From Patescibacteria group bacterium (GTDB lineage Bacteria; Patescibacteriota; Minisyncoccia; Phycocordibacterales; UBA9973), in NCBI GenBank assembly GCA_040390725.1, contig JAZJXT010000003.1, positions 34,502-98,501 of the forward strand: DNA of 64,000 nucleotides, read 5' to 3'. The notes beneath the pieces were generated by a model. The model was not told the origin of the DNA and did no database searches. It worked only from the letters and a program-made list of their open reading frames with translations. The position numbers were made by a program, and so were the translations under genes. How positions within the stretch are numbered: position 1 is the first letter of the stretch; every line of letters begins with the position of its first letter. Below are positions 1 through 9,897 of the stretch, in pieces.

Positions 1-1
1 A

Positions 2-571
2 GAATTGGCTGATCGTCTAAAATCTCGCTTTGCTGCGGGGATGATAGTGGATGTTTCTGAGCCCGAGTATGAATCCCGCATGGCGATTTTAAAAATAAAA
101 TTAAAAGAATCCGATATTGAATTAGAACCGGAAATTCTTGATTATATTTCATCCGTAATTCAAGGAAACGTGAGGGAGCTCGAGGGTTGCCTTAACACCA
201 TAATATGTCAATATCGCCTTAAAAATAGGCCTTTGACACTAGCTGAAGTTAAAAACTTACTCAAAAACAGTATAAAACCAAAGAAAAACGTAGCCATAAA
301 AGAAGTGGTTAAAATAGTTAGCGATCATTATGATTTAGAAGAAGAATCAATTTACGAAAAAACAAGAAGGAAGGAGATAGTCAAAGCAAGACAGATTGTG
401 ATGTATTTATTGCGAGAAGATTTCAATGTTTCTTACCCGCTCATTGGACAAAAACTCGGGGGTAAAGACCACACCACAGTTATTCATTCATATTTAAAAA
501 TAAAAGAAGATTTAAAAACAGACCAGCAATTATTACAAGAAATAGAACAAATAAGAGTGATGTTTAAATAG
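2..571 (+). CDS. dnaA: Chromosomal replication initiator DnaA (C-terminal part; 5' truncated by window)
   Basis: RLKSRF, NVRELEG and domain IV GGKDHTTVIH signature; directly upstream of dnaN. Confidence 0.97.
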   Translation, partial: ELADRLKSRFAAGMIVDVSEPEYESRMAILKIKLKESDIELEPEILDYISSVIQGNVRELEGCLNTIICQYRLKNRPLTLAEVKNLLKNSIKPKKNVAIKEVVKIVSDHYDLEEESIYEKTRRKEIVKARQIVMYLLREDFNVSYPLIGQKLGGKDHTTVIHSYLKIKEDLKTDQQLLQEIEQIRVMFK

Positions 572-846
572 TGTTGATAAGTTAATGATAAGTGATAAAT
601 AAACATAGAACAAAGTAGGAATAATTAAATTATAAAGTGTTGGTAAAAAAACAAAAATGTGGATAAATTTTTACACCAAAGAATAAATTATCAATTATTA
701 AAAGTTATTAGATTAAAATTAAAATTAAAAAATAGAATTAAGTAATAATTATAATATTAAAAACACTTATCCACTTATCCACAACACTAATAGTATTAAT
801 AATTTAAATATATAAGATATACACATTAACATAATAAAACAAAAAT
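572..846. promoter_or_regulatory. Probable replication origin oriC
   Basis: dnaA-dnaN intergenic region, very AT-rich. DnaA boxes TGTGGATAA 658-666 and TTATCCACA 775-783; near-consensus TTATCCACT 767-775 and TGTTGATAA 572-580. Confidence 0.85.
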
Positions 847-1944
847 ATGAAAATAGAATTAAGTATTGATAAAATTAAAAACGCAATAAATCAAGTAGAG
901 AAGATAACTGGCAAGAATTTAACACTTCCTGTTTTAAGTTCTATATTATTCACAGCTTCAGGTAATTCATTAAAACTTCGAGCTACTAATTTAAGTCTTG
1001 GAATTGAAATAGAAATACCGGCGAAAATTGAAAATGAAGGAGTAATGGCTATTTCCGGTGGAGTACTCGCAAATGTTTTTTCTAATATTTTACAAAATGA
1101 TAATATTTCAATAGAAGGAGAAGACGGTAATATAATAATTAAAACAAAGAAAAGTAGGATAAAATTAAAAGGCCAACCCCATGATGATTTTCCTACAATT
1201 CCACTAGTTTCAGGGGTTACTTTTGAAATAGAATCAAAGAAATTAATAGACGGTATAAAATCAGTTTATTATAGTTCTTCCGTTTCTGATATAAAACCGG
1301 AAATATCAAGTGTTTATATTTATTCAAATGAAGATAATTTGGTTTTTGTTTCCACTGATTCATTTAGGTTAGCTGAAAAAAAAGTAAAGGTTAAAAATTT
1401 AGTTGAAATACCTGGTATACTTATTCCTTTTAAAAATATTCCGGAAATATTAAGAGTTTTTGGAGATTTCCAGGGTTCTATTAAGGTTTGTTTTAATAAG
1501 AATCAAATTTCATTTTCTTCTGATAATATTTACCTTACATCTAGGGTTATAGACGGAGTGTTTCCAGACTATCGACAAATTCTACCAAAAGAATCAAAAA
1601 CAGAAGCGGTAATATTAAAACAAGATTTATTAAACGCATTAAAACTTTCAAATATATTTTCTGATAAATTTAATCAAGTTAATTTAACAATAAAACCAAA
1701 AGAAAAACTTTTTGAATTGTCTTCACAAAATAATGATATAGGAGAAAATAAAACCACACTTGATTCCGCTATTTCAGGGGAAGAGATAGAGCTTGGTTTT
1801 AATTATAAATATTTCTTGGACTGTTTTCAGTCAATCACGACCGATAGTGTTTCTATTAAGTTTAATCAAGCTTCGCACCCCATTGTTGTTTCTGGGGTTT
1901 CCGATTCTTCTTTTTTATATCTAATAATGCCCATGAATAGATAG
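847..1944 (+). CDS. dnaN: DNA polymerase III beta sliding clamp
   Basis: 365 aa; LPVLS, ATNL, STDSFRLA, FPDY, YLIMPM motifs. Confidence 0.97.
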   Translation: MKIELSIDKIKNAINQVEKITGKNLTLPVLSSILFTASGNSLKLRATNLSLGIEIEIPAKIENEGVMAISGGVLANVFSNILQNDNISIEGEDGNIIIKTKKSRIKLKGQPHDDFPTIPLVSGVTFEIESKKLIDGIKSVYYSSSVSDIKPEISSVYIYSNEDNLVFVSTDSFRLAEKKVKVKNLVEIPGILIPFKNIPEILRVFGDFQGSIKVCFNKNQISFSSDNIYLTSRVIDGVFPDYRQILPKESKTEAVILKQDLLNALKLSNIFSDKFNQVNLTIKPKEKLFELSSQNNDIGENKTTLDSAISGEEIELGFNYKYFLDCFQSITTDSVSIKFNQASHPIVVSGVSDSSFLYLIMPMNR

Positions 1945-1959
1945 GTATTAAAATCACTC

Positions 1960-2217
1960 ATGATAGAAATTAAAGATTTACTTTTAAGATTTAGTAATAT
2001 TCTTCTTTCTGAAGAATTAAAAAAACAAGGAATTCGAGATACTATTTGTGAAGTAATAGGCGTAGAAATAAAAACTGAAGACATTAAAATAAAAAATGGT
2101 ACGGTTTTTTTAAACATAAAACCAATCTATAAAAACGAAATCTTTTTAAAACAAGATAAAATATTACAAAAACTTTCCGAACAACTAGGCAAAAAAAGCC
2201 CACAGAGTTTAAGATAA
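1960..2217 (+). CDS. Small hypothetical protein, possibly DciA/DUF721-like
   Basis: 85-aa ORF directly after dnaN; size and alpha/beta pattern compatible with DUF721 (inference). Confidence 0.55.
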   Translation: MIEIKDLLLRFSNILLSEELKKQGIRDTICEVIGVEIKTEDIKIKNGTVFLNIKPIYKNEIFLKQDKILQKLSEQLGKKSPQSLR

Positions 2218-2232
2218 TATAATTAGGTTCTA

Positions 2233-4740
2233 TTATTGTGTTTTAAAAACAGAAGTAATCTCACTTTGGTTGTATGCAGTATCGTAAAATATTATTTTTA
2301 TTTCGTTTTCATTTTTTAGATTATCTAATTCAGACGGAGTAAAGGAAAAATCAAACGGAGGCTTGGATGTTCCTAGGTACACATCATTTATAAATATATC
2401 CATTTTTTGTAAAGGGAAGTGGCTGGAACTATTTATTTTTAAATTTATTTTTTGGTCAGATGGATAAATTGTATTTGTGTCCGGGGTGATGATAGAAATC
2501 ACGGGCTTCATCGCGTTGGTGTGCACGTCGTCTAATGCTACAGGCTTGCTAGCCCATGTAGTCACGGGATATTTATAACTATTTTGTGCCCACCAATTTT
2601 GTACAGGTATTTCCCAGTGGGAGAATTGCGGGTCGTTGTATGGATTTACTGGAGAGGGCCCCAGGATGTTGTCTTGGTCTACCCAGTAAAGAATCGAATG
2701 CACGTTTGTAATAATCCTTTCTTCTTTTGTTTCTTTTGGTGTTTGGTCTGTAGCCAGTTTCCCAGAAATTTTATCAATGAAATAATGTTCATTGCCGAGC
2801 CATGACCCACGCAGTGCCGGGCTTACTTTTTCCGGGTCAGTAGACAGGTCAGGCTTTTCAAATTTTTCAGCGGGGACAGTTTGCATTGCTTCCGTAATAA
2901 ATTTATTCCAAATCGGTCCAGCCAAAGCCGCACCTCCTTTTTTCATAGATTTATTATCATTATTTCCTGCCCATACACCGACGACAATAGATGGTGTATA
3001 ACCTATAGTCCACGCATCCTTGTCATTGTTTGTTGTTCCGGTTTTTACTGCTGTGTTTGGAATATTTAACGGAGAATTTGCGCCAAATGTAGGAGTACGA
3101 GCTATGTTGTCAGAAAGAATATCAGAAATAGTCAAAGCCGTATTTTTTGGCAATATTTCTTTTGGGTTTGGTGTATATTCTTCTAAAACATTTCCGTTAT
3201 TGTCTTCGACTTTTAAAATACCCGTGTAAGGATTCCTTACACCGTCATTTGCGAAAACCCCATAAGCCGAAGTGATGTCTAAAAGTTTTACTTCTCCGCC
3301 TCCGATAACGAGAGTGAGTCCGTATCGGCTCGGGTCAGCCAGAGTAGTGATACCCATGTCTTCGGCAGTTTTTAGTGAATCTTTTGTACCGGCAAGATAA
3401 AATAATTTTACCGCCGGGATGTTTATGGATTGTGCCAAGGCGTACCTGAGGGTCATAGGTCCGCGGAATTTTCCATCATAGTCATCAGGCATATAACAAT
3501 CACTTTGGTTGTGACCTGGTAGTGCTTTGCCATAAGCATCACAGGTTGTTTGGAATTCTGTAGGCAGGTCAAAGAGCACTGCGTTTTGTGTAAAGCCTTT
3601 GTTGAAGGCTGTAGCGTAAATAAAAGGCTTGAATGATGACCCAGGCTGGCGAGATGCAGTAGCCACGTTAAAATTACCATCTATTTTTTTATCAAAATAA
3701 TCTCGTGAGCCGACCATTGAAAGTATTTGCCCTGTTTTTGGGTCGATAGCTACGAGTGCTGCATTTGATCCGCCCCAATCTTTTTCATTTTCTAATGCTC
3801 CTTCTTTTACAAATTGTTCTGCTTTTTGTTCCAAGTTATAATCTAGGGTTGTGGTGATTTTTAATCCATTTTGTTCCACCATATCTGTTCCGTACTTTTG
3901 TTCCAAATAATCCTTTATGAAAAATACAAAATGAGGAGCTTTGATGCCCATGGTTGCTTGAGGCTGAAATACAACAACTTCATTTTTTGCATTATTATAA
4001 TCTGTATCGGAAATAAATTTTAATTCATGCATTCTAGAAAGCACAAAATTTTTCCTGTCGTCGAGTTTTGTTTTATTTTTCCCATAAGGCGAGAGTGATG
4101 TCGGGGATTGCGGGATAGAAGCCAAATATGCCGCCTCGGCCAGAGTTAAATCCCCGGCGTCTTTATCAAAATAAGTTTTACTTGCTTCTTCGATGCCGTA
4201 AACATTTCCGCCATAAGGCGCTTCATTCAGATAATATTCCAATATTTTTTCCTTTGGCATTGAACGGTCTATTTTTATTGCGAGTATCCATTCTTTTATT
4301 TTTCTACCCAGGGTTCTTTTGGAATTTAATAAAGTATTTTTTACCAACTGTTGAGTGATAGTGGATCCGCCTTGTGTTTTTCCTATATGTAAAAAGTTTG
4401 AAAGGGTGGCGCGTATTATGGAAGTTATTTTTATTCCGCTGTGATTATAAAAATCAGAGTCTTCCACGGCAACAGTAGCATTTTTTATATTTATGCTCAT
4501 TGCTTCAAATGGTACGTTTGTTCTTTTTACATCTTGGTGTATATCGTATAAAAGGATTTTCCCCGTGCGGTCATATATTTTAGTAGAATTGACGACTTTT
4601 CTGTCTTCAAAAGAGTGAAAATCCGGAATTTTAATAAGCGAAAGCCAAATAAGGAAAATACCAACAAGCACAACAAAGCTTCCGGCGCCAAAAAGCACCA
4701 GATTCTTTAAAAATATTTGTTTTTCATGTTTTTTTCTCAT
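2233..4740 (-). CDS. Class A penicillin-binding protein (transglycosylase-transpeptidase) with C-terminal Ig-like domain
   Basis: N-terminal TM; EDSDFYNH, GGSTITQQL, RQPGSSFKPF (SxxK), SIN, KTGT motifs; start taken at MRKKHEKQ. Confidence 0.93.
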   Translation of the reverse strand: MRKKHEKQIFLKNLVLFGAGSFVVLVGIFLIWLSLIKIPDFHSFEDRKVVNSTKIYDRTGKILLYDIHQDVKRTNVPFEAMSINIKNATVAVEDSDFYNHSGIKITSIIRATLSNFLHIGKTQGGSTITQQLVKNTLLNSKRTLGRKIKEWILAIKIDRSMPKEKILEYYLNEAPYGGNVYGIEEASKTYFDKDAGDLTLAEAAYLASIPQSPTSLSPYGKNKTKLDDRKNFVLSRMHELKFISDTDYNNAKNEVVVFQPQATMGIKAPHFVFFIKDYLEQKYGTDMVEQNGLKITTTLDYNLEQKAEQFVKEGALENEKDWGGSNAALVAIDPKTGQILSMVGSRDYFDKKIDGNFNVATASRQPGSSFKPFIYATAFNKGFTQNAVLFDLPTEFQTTCDAYGKALPGHNQSDCYMPDDYDGKFRGPMTLRYALAQSINIPAVKLFYLAGTKDSLKTAEDMGITTLADPSRYGLTLVIGGGEVKLLDITSAYGVFANDGVRNPYTGILKVEDNNGNVLEEYTPNPKEILPKNTALTISDILSDNIARTPTFGANSPLNIPNTAVKTGTTNNDKDAWTIGYTPSIVVGVWAGNNDNKSMKKGGAALAGPIWNKFITEAMQTVPAEKFEKPDLSTDPEKVSPALRGSWLGNEHYFIDKISGKLATDQTPKETKEERIITNVHSILYWVDQDNILGPSPVNPYNDPQFSHWEIPVQNWWAQNSYKYPVTTWASKPVALDDVHTNAMKPVISIITPDTNTIYPSDQKINLKINSSSHFPLQKMDIFINDVYLGTSKPPFDFSFTPSELDNLKNENEIKIIFYDTAYNQSEITSVFKTQ

Positions 4741-4779
4741 AACTATAATCATAGCAGAATATATGTTATAATTCACCTT

Positions 4780-5973
4780 ATGTCAAAAGTTATTACGGAT
4801 AAAGATAAAATTAAAAAATTATTGGACAGAGGGGTGGAAAATATTTTTGTAAAAGAAAGTCTGGAAAAAAAACTTTTATCTGGTAAAAAGTTAAGAGTTT
4901 ATCTCGGTATTGATCCCACCGGTCCGACTCTTCACATGGGGCATGCAATACCTATTATGAAGTTGAGGCAATTTCAAGATTTAGGACATGAGGTTATCCT
5001 GTTAATGGGTGATTTTACCGCGATGATTGGTGACCCGACAGATAAAACTGCCACCCGCAAACAACTGACCCATAAAGAAGTTTTAAATAATTTAAAAAAA
5101 TATAAAAAACAAGCTTCAAAATTTTTAAATTTTACCGGCTCAAACAAGGCTCAATTTAAATTTAATTCAAAATGGTTAAAGAAAATGAATTTTCAAGAAG
5201 TTTTAGAGCTCGCCTCAAAGACAACTATTGATCAAATGTTAAAGCGTGATATGTTTGTACGTCGCCAAGAAGAAGGTAAACCAATTTTTGGACACGAGTT
5301 TTTTTATCCATTGATGCAGGGCTATGACAGTGTAGCTATGAATATTGATGTTGAAGTGGGAGGTAATGATCAGACCTTCAACATGTTGGTGGGCAGGGAT
5401 TTGGTTTCAGAAATTCTTAAAAAAGATAAATCAGTTATTGCCATGAAATTACTCGAGGATAATACCGGCAAGAAAATGGGTAAGACTGAAGGCAACATGG
5501 TTTCACTTGAGGACACTATGGAAGAAGTTTTTGGCAAAGTTATGAGTTGGAATGATTCGTTGATTGAGAAAGGTTTTGAACTTTGCACAAATTTGGATGA
5601 AAAAGATTTTCCAAGTATGGATAATCCGCGTGATGCTAAAATGAAACTGGCTCATGAAATAGTAAAAATTTATCACGGAGAAAAGAAGGCCAAGGAAGCA
5701 GAGGTGGGTTGGGAAAAGACTTTTTCTAAAAAAGAAGTGCCGGATGAAATGGAAGAAGTGAAAGCCATGAATGGAGAAATTCTTGCGGATGTATTAGTAA
5801 AAAATAAAATTTTAAGCTCAAAAGGTGAGTGGCGCAGGCTGGTCGAGCAAAATGCGATTCATGACTTGGAAAATGATACTAGGATTTTAGATGCGAATTT
5901 AAAAGTGAATAAAAACTTAACTCTCAAGATAGGTAAAAAAAGATTTTTGAAAATAATAGCAAATAATATATAG
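4780..5973 (+). CDS. tyrS: Tyrosine--tRNA ligase
   Basis: GIDPTGPTLHMGH (HIGH), YPLMQGYD, GGNDQ, KMGKT (KMSKS), C-terminal S4 domain. Confidence 0.96.
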   Translation: MSKVITDKDKIKKLLDRGVENIFVKESLEKKLLSGKKLRVYLGIDPTGPTLHMGHAIPIMKLRQFQDLGHEVILLMGDFTAMIGDPTDKTATRKQLTHKEVLNNLKKYKKQASKFLNFTGSNKAQFKFNSKWLKKMNFQEVLELASKTTIDQMLKRDMFVRRQEEGKPIFGHEFFYPLMQGYDSVAMNIDVEVGGNDQTFNMLVGRDLVSEILKKDKSVIAMKLLEDNTGKKMGKTEGNMVSLEDTMEEVFGKVMSWNDSLIEKGFELCTNLDEKDFPSMDNPRDAKMKLAHEIVKIYHGEKKAKEAEVGWEKTFSKKEVPDEMEEVKAMNGEILADVLVKNKILSSKGEWRRLVEQNAIHDLENDTRILDANLKVNKNLTLKIGKKRFLKIIANNI

Positions 5974-5986
5974 TAAGTTAAAAGTT

Positions 5987-6028
5987 AAATTAAAAACCCC
6001 CGACATAAAAGTCGGGGGTTTTTAATTT
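5987..6028. terminator. Bidirectional intrinsic terminator
   Basis: Perfect IR AAATTAAAAACCCCCGAC/GTCGGGGGTTTTTAATTT between convergent genes. Confidence 0.85.
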
Positions 6029-6159
6029 TAGTGAAACCTATCATCCGGATCTTCATCATTGTCCTCGTCGAAGTTGAAGTTCCCCGGTTCATCCAAGGGT
6101 TCATCTAGGTCCACATCAGAATCATCGTCCATATTTATTATGTCATCATCGTAACTCAT
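6028..6159 (-). CDS. Very acidic 43-aa microprotein (not in ORF track)
   Basis: MSYDDDIINMDDDSDVDLDEPLDEPGNFNFDEDNDEDPDDRFH*; stop abuts the terminator; higher GC than the AT-rich flanks. Confidence 0.65.
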   Translation of the reverse strand: MSYDDDIINMDDDSDVDLDEPLDEPGNFNFDEDNDEDPDDRFH

Positions 6160-6270
6160 AATTACAAGATTTTTATTTTTCTAAAAAACGACCTTTTTAA
6201 AATTAATTTTACTTATGCCAATACTTTTTATCAAATCTAGAATTGTTTGGCAATAGCTAAAAATTTAAAC

Positions 6271-6279
6271 TGTGGATAA
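6271..6279. promoter_or_regulatory. Perfect DnaA box
   Basis: TGTGGATAA at the 3' end of ruvC, upstream of the acidic microprotein. Confidence 0.5.
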
Positions 6280-6280
6280 C

Positions 6281-6784
6281 TCATAAACCCTTTGTTTTTA
6301 AGCACGTAAGGCCTGTCAAAGCTATCGCAATAGCATCCATTTCATCGTCTGATTTTTTTGAATTATCTATATCTACCAGCATTTTCACCATTTTTATCAT
6401 TTGAGCTTTGTCAGCCTTGCCATACCCGGTAGTGGCTATTTTTATTTGAGGAGGGGAAGCCTCGAAAACTTTGAGCCCCGCGCATGAGGCTTCGTATATA
6501 ACCACCCCACGTGCTTCTGCTACATGCATCACTGTTTTTTGGTTAGTGGTCAGGAAAAGAGTTTCTACCGCCAATACCTCCGGTTCGTATTTTTTAATTA
6601 CATTTCTAACTTCTTCACCGATAAGTTTTAACCTTTCCGAAAATTCCAATTTTGCCGAAGTTTTAAAACATTCAGAATAAATTACTATATTTTTATTTAC
6701 CTTACCGTAGCCTTGTATAGAGGGGGATTCCAACACCGCCACCCCCAACCTCTCAAAACCCGGGTCTATGCCTAAAATTTTCAT
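6281..6784 (-). CDS. ruvC: Holliday junction resolvase RuvC
   Basis: ILGIDPG, AVETLF, EARGV, GYGKADK, DDEMDAIAIA. Confidence 0.95.
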   Translation of the reverse strand: MKILGIDPGFERLGVAVLESPSIQGYGKVNKNIVIYSECFKTSAKLEFSERLKLIGEEVRNVIKKYEPEVLAVETLFLTTNQKTVMHVAEARGVVIYEASCAGLKVFEASPPQIKIATTGYGKADKAQMIKMVKMLVDIDNSKKSDDEMDAIAIALTGLTCLKTKGL

Positions 6785-6897
6785 AAGTTTATTATACATT
6801 ATATATAGGTTAATTTTAGTTTTTAAGATGTATTTATTTGTCACACAAAAAAACATACTCTTTAGACAAAAAAGCATTTTTATGCCAGTATATAGGT

Positions 6898-9897
6898 ATG
6901 GAAAGAATATATAAACCAGTTACACAACCGCCTATTGTCCCTAAAAAGAAAGCGGATGTTGTTTCTAATAAAAAAGAAAAATCTGTTAAAAAGAAGGATA
7001 ATATAGAACTGTCAGTTGTCTCTAATCTTAAAAAAATATTAAACTCTCAGATAAGCCCAACTGCTGCGCAAATTTTTGTGTTTGAAAATGTGCATACAAA
7101 AGAAGAATTTGAAAGTGTGTTAAATTATCTTGTAAAAAATGCATCTGATAAAAAATTAGAACCCTACATAGGTAAACTTATAGATGCTATTGGTCAAAAT
7201 GGACAAAGGGTTAGCCCAGAAGTTTGGATTGAAAATATGTCGGACCTTTTTTCAGTCGCAGGTGTTTCCGGAAACATAAAAGATTCTGCGCTTTCTGCTA
7301 CTAATTATATAATGTCATTTTATGAAGGGCATATTCCTGAAATTTTAAAAAAAGCAACCCTTGAAGACATTTCTGATTATAACAAAACAGGTAAATTGAT
7401 TAAGTTTCTTTTTTACTTAGGCAGGGAAGCCAAAGGTCAGGGGTTTTCAGAAAAACTTTCTGAAAGTATAAAAGAAACCTTAGGTAAAATAGCAGAGCCG
7501 AAATTGGAAAAAAATTATTTATTAACAAAATTCGCTGGTGGTGCCTTAGAGGGGTTAGAAAACAAACACAATCCAAATGCTTCTGGCACACTTTGGTTTG
7601 CCATCCAAAAAGATCAATATGGGGCTGTGTATGAGGATGGATTTTTGCACATTAGTGATGCTGGAACAAAAAATGACATTGACTCTAAAACAGAAAAAAT
7701 TCATGAAATGTTTAAAATAAAGATGTCGTCTGAAGACGGGGAAAGATTGTCTGAGATAGAAAAAGAACTTGCAGAAATTAAAGAAGAGCTGTTCCCATCA
7801 AATAAAAAGATAATTACTGAAATTAATGAAAAAAATAATAAACTTATTAAAAAAATAAATGAACTTCATGATGAAAATGTAGAAATTTTTAAACGCAATA
7901 ATCCTGATTTTCGTGCCTTAGACAGAGAAAGGGTAAAAAGGGTTATTGAAATTGAAGATATTGTTTCAAAAAATACAATAACACCAAAAGTACTTATTGA
8001 TATGGTCCCTGGAGTAAGTCCTGAAGAAGTTAAAAAATTATATCCAGATTACTTGTTTATGTTGGATGGCATCATGAGACCAATTTTGGAAACAGACTTT
8101 CAAAAAGATATTTTTACACTTTCAATACCAGAGCAATTATATTTTTTAAATTACTTGAAAACAATAAATAATAAACAAGCTGAACAGATGAAGAATTTCT
8201 GTAAAACTAATGGCTTAAATGGTCTTCGAACATTTCTTTCAATTGCCCATGGTGGAAAGGAAATGGGAGACAAGATTATAACTATAGGGGAAAGGTTGCC
8301 GGAAGAATTGGCGGAAAAGGTTTTTCAAATTTACAGCGAACATGTGGAAAAAGTTGCAGTGGTGGCTGGAAAGGTTTTTTCTGATTTAAAACAGGAATTT
8401 CCAAATTTATTAATAGATGAAGATACTATTACTCAATCATTGTTGGTTCGCGCAAAAGATTTTTTGGTTGAGCTTGAAGCGGAATTGCAATCCAATCCGG
8501 AAGGAATAAAAAGTTTTGTTAATAAATTTATTACTGAAATTAAAAAAGAGTCACCTCAAGAGCAGGTGGTGCGAGCTCAATTTAAGACGATTGCAAATTT
8601 GTTAAATCATGAAAATGTTGATCTTAAAAATTTTGAAAACAATCAGGATTTGATTTTACATTCATTGGGCACGGGTGAGCAGAAAGCTTTGATGTTTAGG
8701 GCATTAAACAGGATGAATCGGTTGAGCCCTGTGCCTGAAATACATTGGCGAGTCGATCGTTCCAGTGAAGAATATGACAGACGTTTAGGAATAAATGTAA
8801 ATAAATTTTTACAAGAAAGGTCAGGCATTTTAGGCAGAAAACAGATTTTATTGGAAATTGGTCCTGGGAGTGGGGTTGCAAAATCAGGCAGGACAGACCT
8901 GGGCCTTTCTGAAAATTATCAAGACATAGCTCTTTCAGATAAAATTTATTATCCCTTGTCTTCAGTAGTTGAAAAACTTATTGATTACTCTGAATTAGAA
9001 AAAATAATGGGTAAGGAGTCAGGTTCGAACGATAATCTTCCACTTTCAGCAGAAGAAAAAAGCCAATTGGCGGATTTTATTTATAAAACAATAGTTATTA
9101 AGCAAGGAGAAACTTCATTCGATACTTTCACATACGACGAGCAAAACCAAATGAATTTAACTGAAGATATAAATAATTTAAAAAATATTTTAGGTGAACA
9201 GCTTGGTCAAAGATTAAAATCGGCAAAAGAAGTCCCCGACACTGTCAGCATGCATCGCGACGGCAAGGTTGTTTACCCGAATAAAATAAAAGTCGAATCA
9301 TGGTCGCCAAAATTACAAATGGCAAAAAAATTACTTGAAGAAAACCCAACAAACTTCTTGAGATCAGATTGGGAGCAAGTTGATTATTACGATTTGATCG
9401 AAGCTTTTCCTGCGAATGTTATGGTCGGGGACTTGGATCAAATTTCTCAATTGCGTTCAGACCAAGTCGATGTGGAATTGGCCGTCAGGTCCACTGTGTA
9501 TAAAAAGGGAGAAGATTATGTTCAATTCTTAGGGCAATTATTTAATACTCTGAGCGAAGGCGGTGTGGCCATAGATGACAGCATCAGGGACAATGACGGT
9601 TGGTATTATCGCATAGCGGAAGTTTTAGAGGCGCAAGAAAAATTTGGAGATAATAATGAAGTTTTAGTTATATTAGGCCCAGGTTTTCAAGGTGAAGACA
9701 AAAGGCAAGACAAAGTGCCTTTATCATTAGTCATTACAAAGAAAGGTAGTTCTATAGAATTGATAAAAAAGAATTTATTACCGGGGTATGAAATAGTTAG
9801 TCTTGAAAATTTATCTGGTGATCAAGATTATTTATTGACCTTAGATGATACAGGGTTAACAAAAAAGAAAGTAAATCAATCAGCTTTGGCAGCGTAA
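6898..9897 (+). CDS. Large hypothetical protein (~999 aa) with a possible split class I SAM-methyltransferase C-terminal domain
   Basis: Long ORF with helical/coiled-coil N-half; LLEIGPGSG (motif I-like), later VGDL and LSEGGVAIDD. Confidence 0.6.
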   Translation: MERIYKPVTQPPIVPKKKADVVSNKKEKSVKKKDNIELSVVSNLKKILNSQISPTAAQIFVFENVHTKEEFESVLNYLVKNASDKKLEPYIGKLIDAIGQNGQRVSPEVWIENMSDLFSVAGVSGNIKDSALSATNYIMSFYEGHIPEILKKATLEDISDYNKTGKLIKFLFYLGREAKGQGFSEKLSESIKETLGKIAEPKLEKNYLLTKFAGGALEGLENKHNPNASGTLWFAIQKDQYGAVYEDGFLHISDAGTKNDIDSKTEKIHEMFKIKMSSEDGERLSEIEKELAEIKEELFPSNKKIITEINEKNNKLIKKINELHDENVEIFKRNNPDFRALDRERVKRVIEIEDIVSKNTITPKVLIDMVPGVSPEEVKKLYPDYLFMLDGIMRPILETDFQKDIFTLSIPEQLYFLNYLKTINNKQAEQMKNFCKTNGLNGLRTFLSIAHGGKEMGDKIITIGERLPEELAEKVFQIYSEHVEKVAVVAGKVFSDLKQEFPNLLIDEDTITQSLLVRAKDFLVELEAELQSNPEGIKSFVNKFITEIKKESPQEQVVRAQFKTIANLLNHENVDLKNFENNQDLILHSLGTGEQKALMFRALNRMNRLSPVPEIHWRVDRSSEEYDRRLGINVNKFLQERSGILGRKQILLEIGPGSGVAKSGRTDLGLSENYQDIALSDKIYYPLSSVVEKLIDYSELEKIMGKESGSNDNLPLSAEEKSQLADFIYKTIVIKQGETSFDTFTYDEQNQMNLTEDINNLKNILGEQLGQRLKSAKEVPDTVSMHRDGKVVYPNKIKVESWSPKLQMAKKLLEENPTNFLRSDWEQVDYYDLIEAFPANVMVGDLDQISQLRSDQVDVELAVRSTVYKKGEDYVQFLGQLFNTLSEGGVAIDDSIRDNDGWYYRIAEVLEAQEKFGDNNEVLVILGPGFQGEDKRQDKVPLSLVITKKGSSIELIKKNLLPGYEIVSLENLSGDQDYLLTLDDTGLTKKKVNQSALAA

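Noticed and set aside
4717-4779. Extended N-termini from the ORF track (tyrS, PBP, ruvC, TrmH, amidase, PEMT and others)
   Set aside because: Extensions overlap divergent genes or promoter hexamers; downstream ATGs match family starts and -10 spacing
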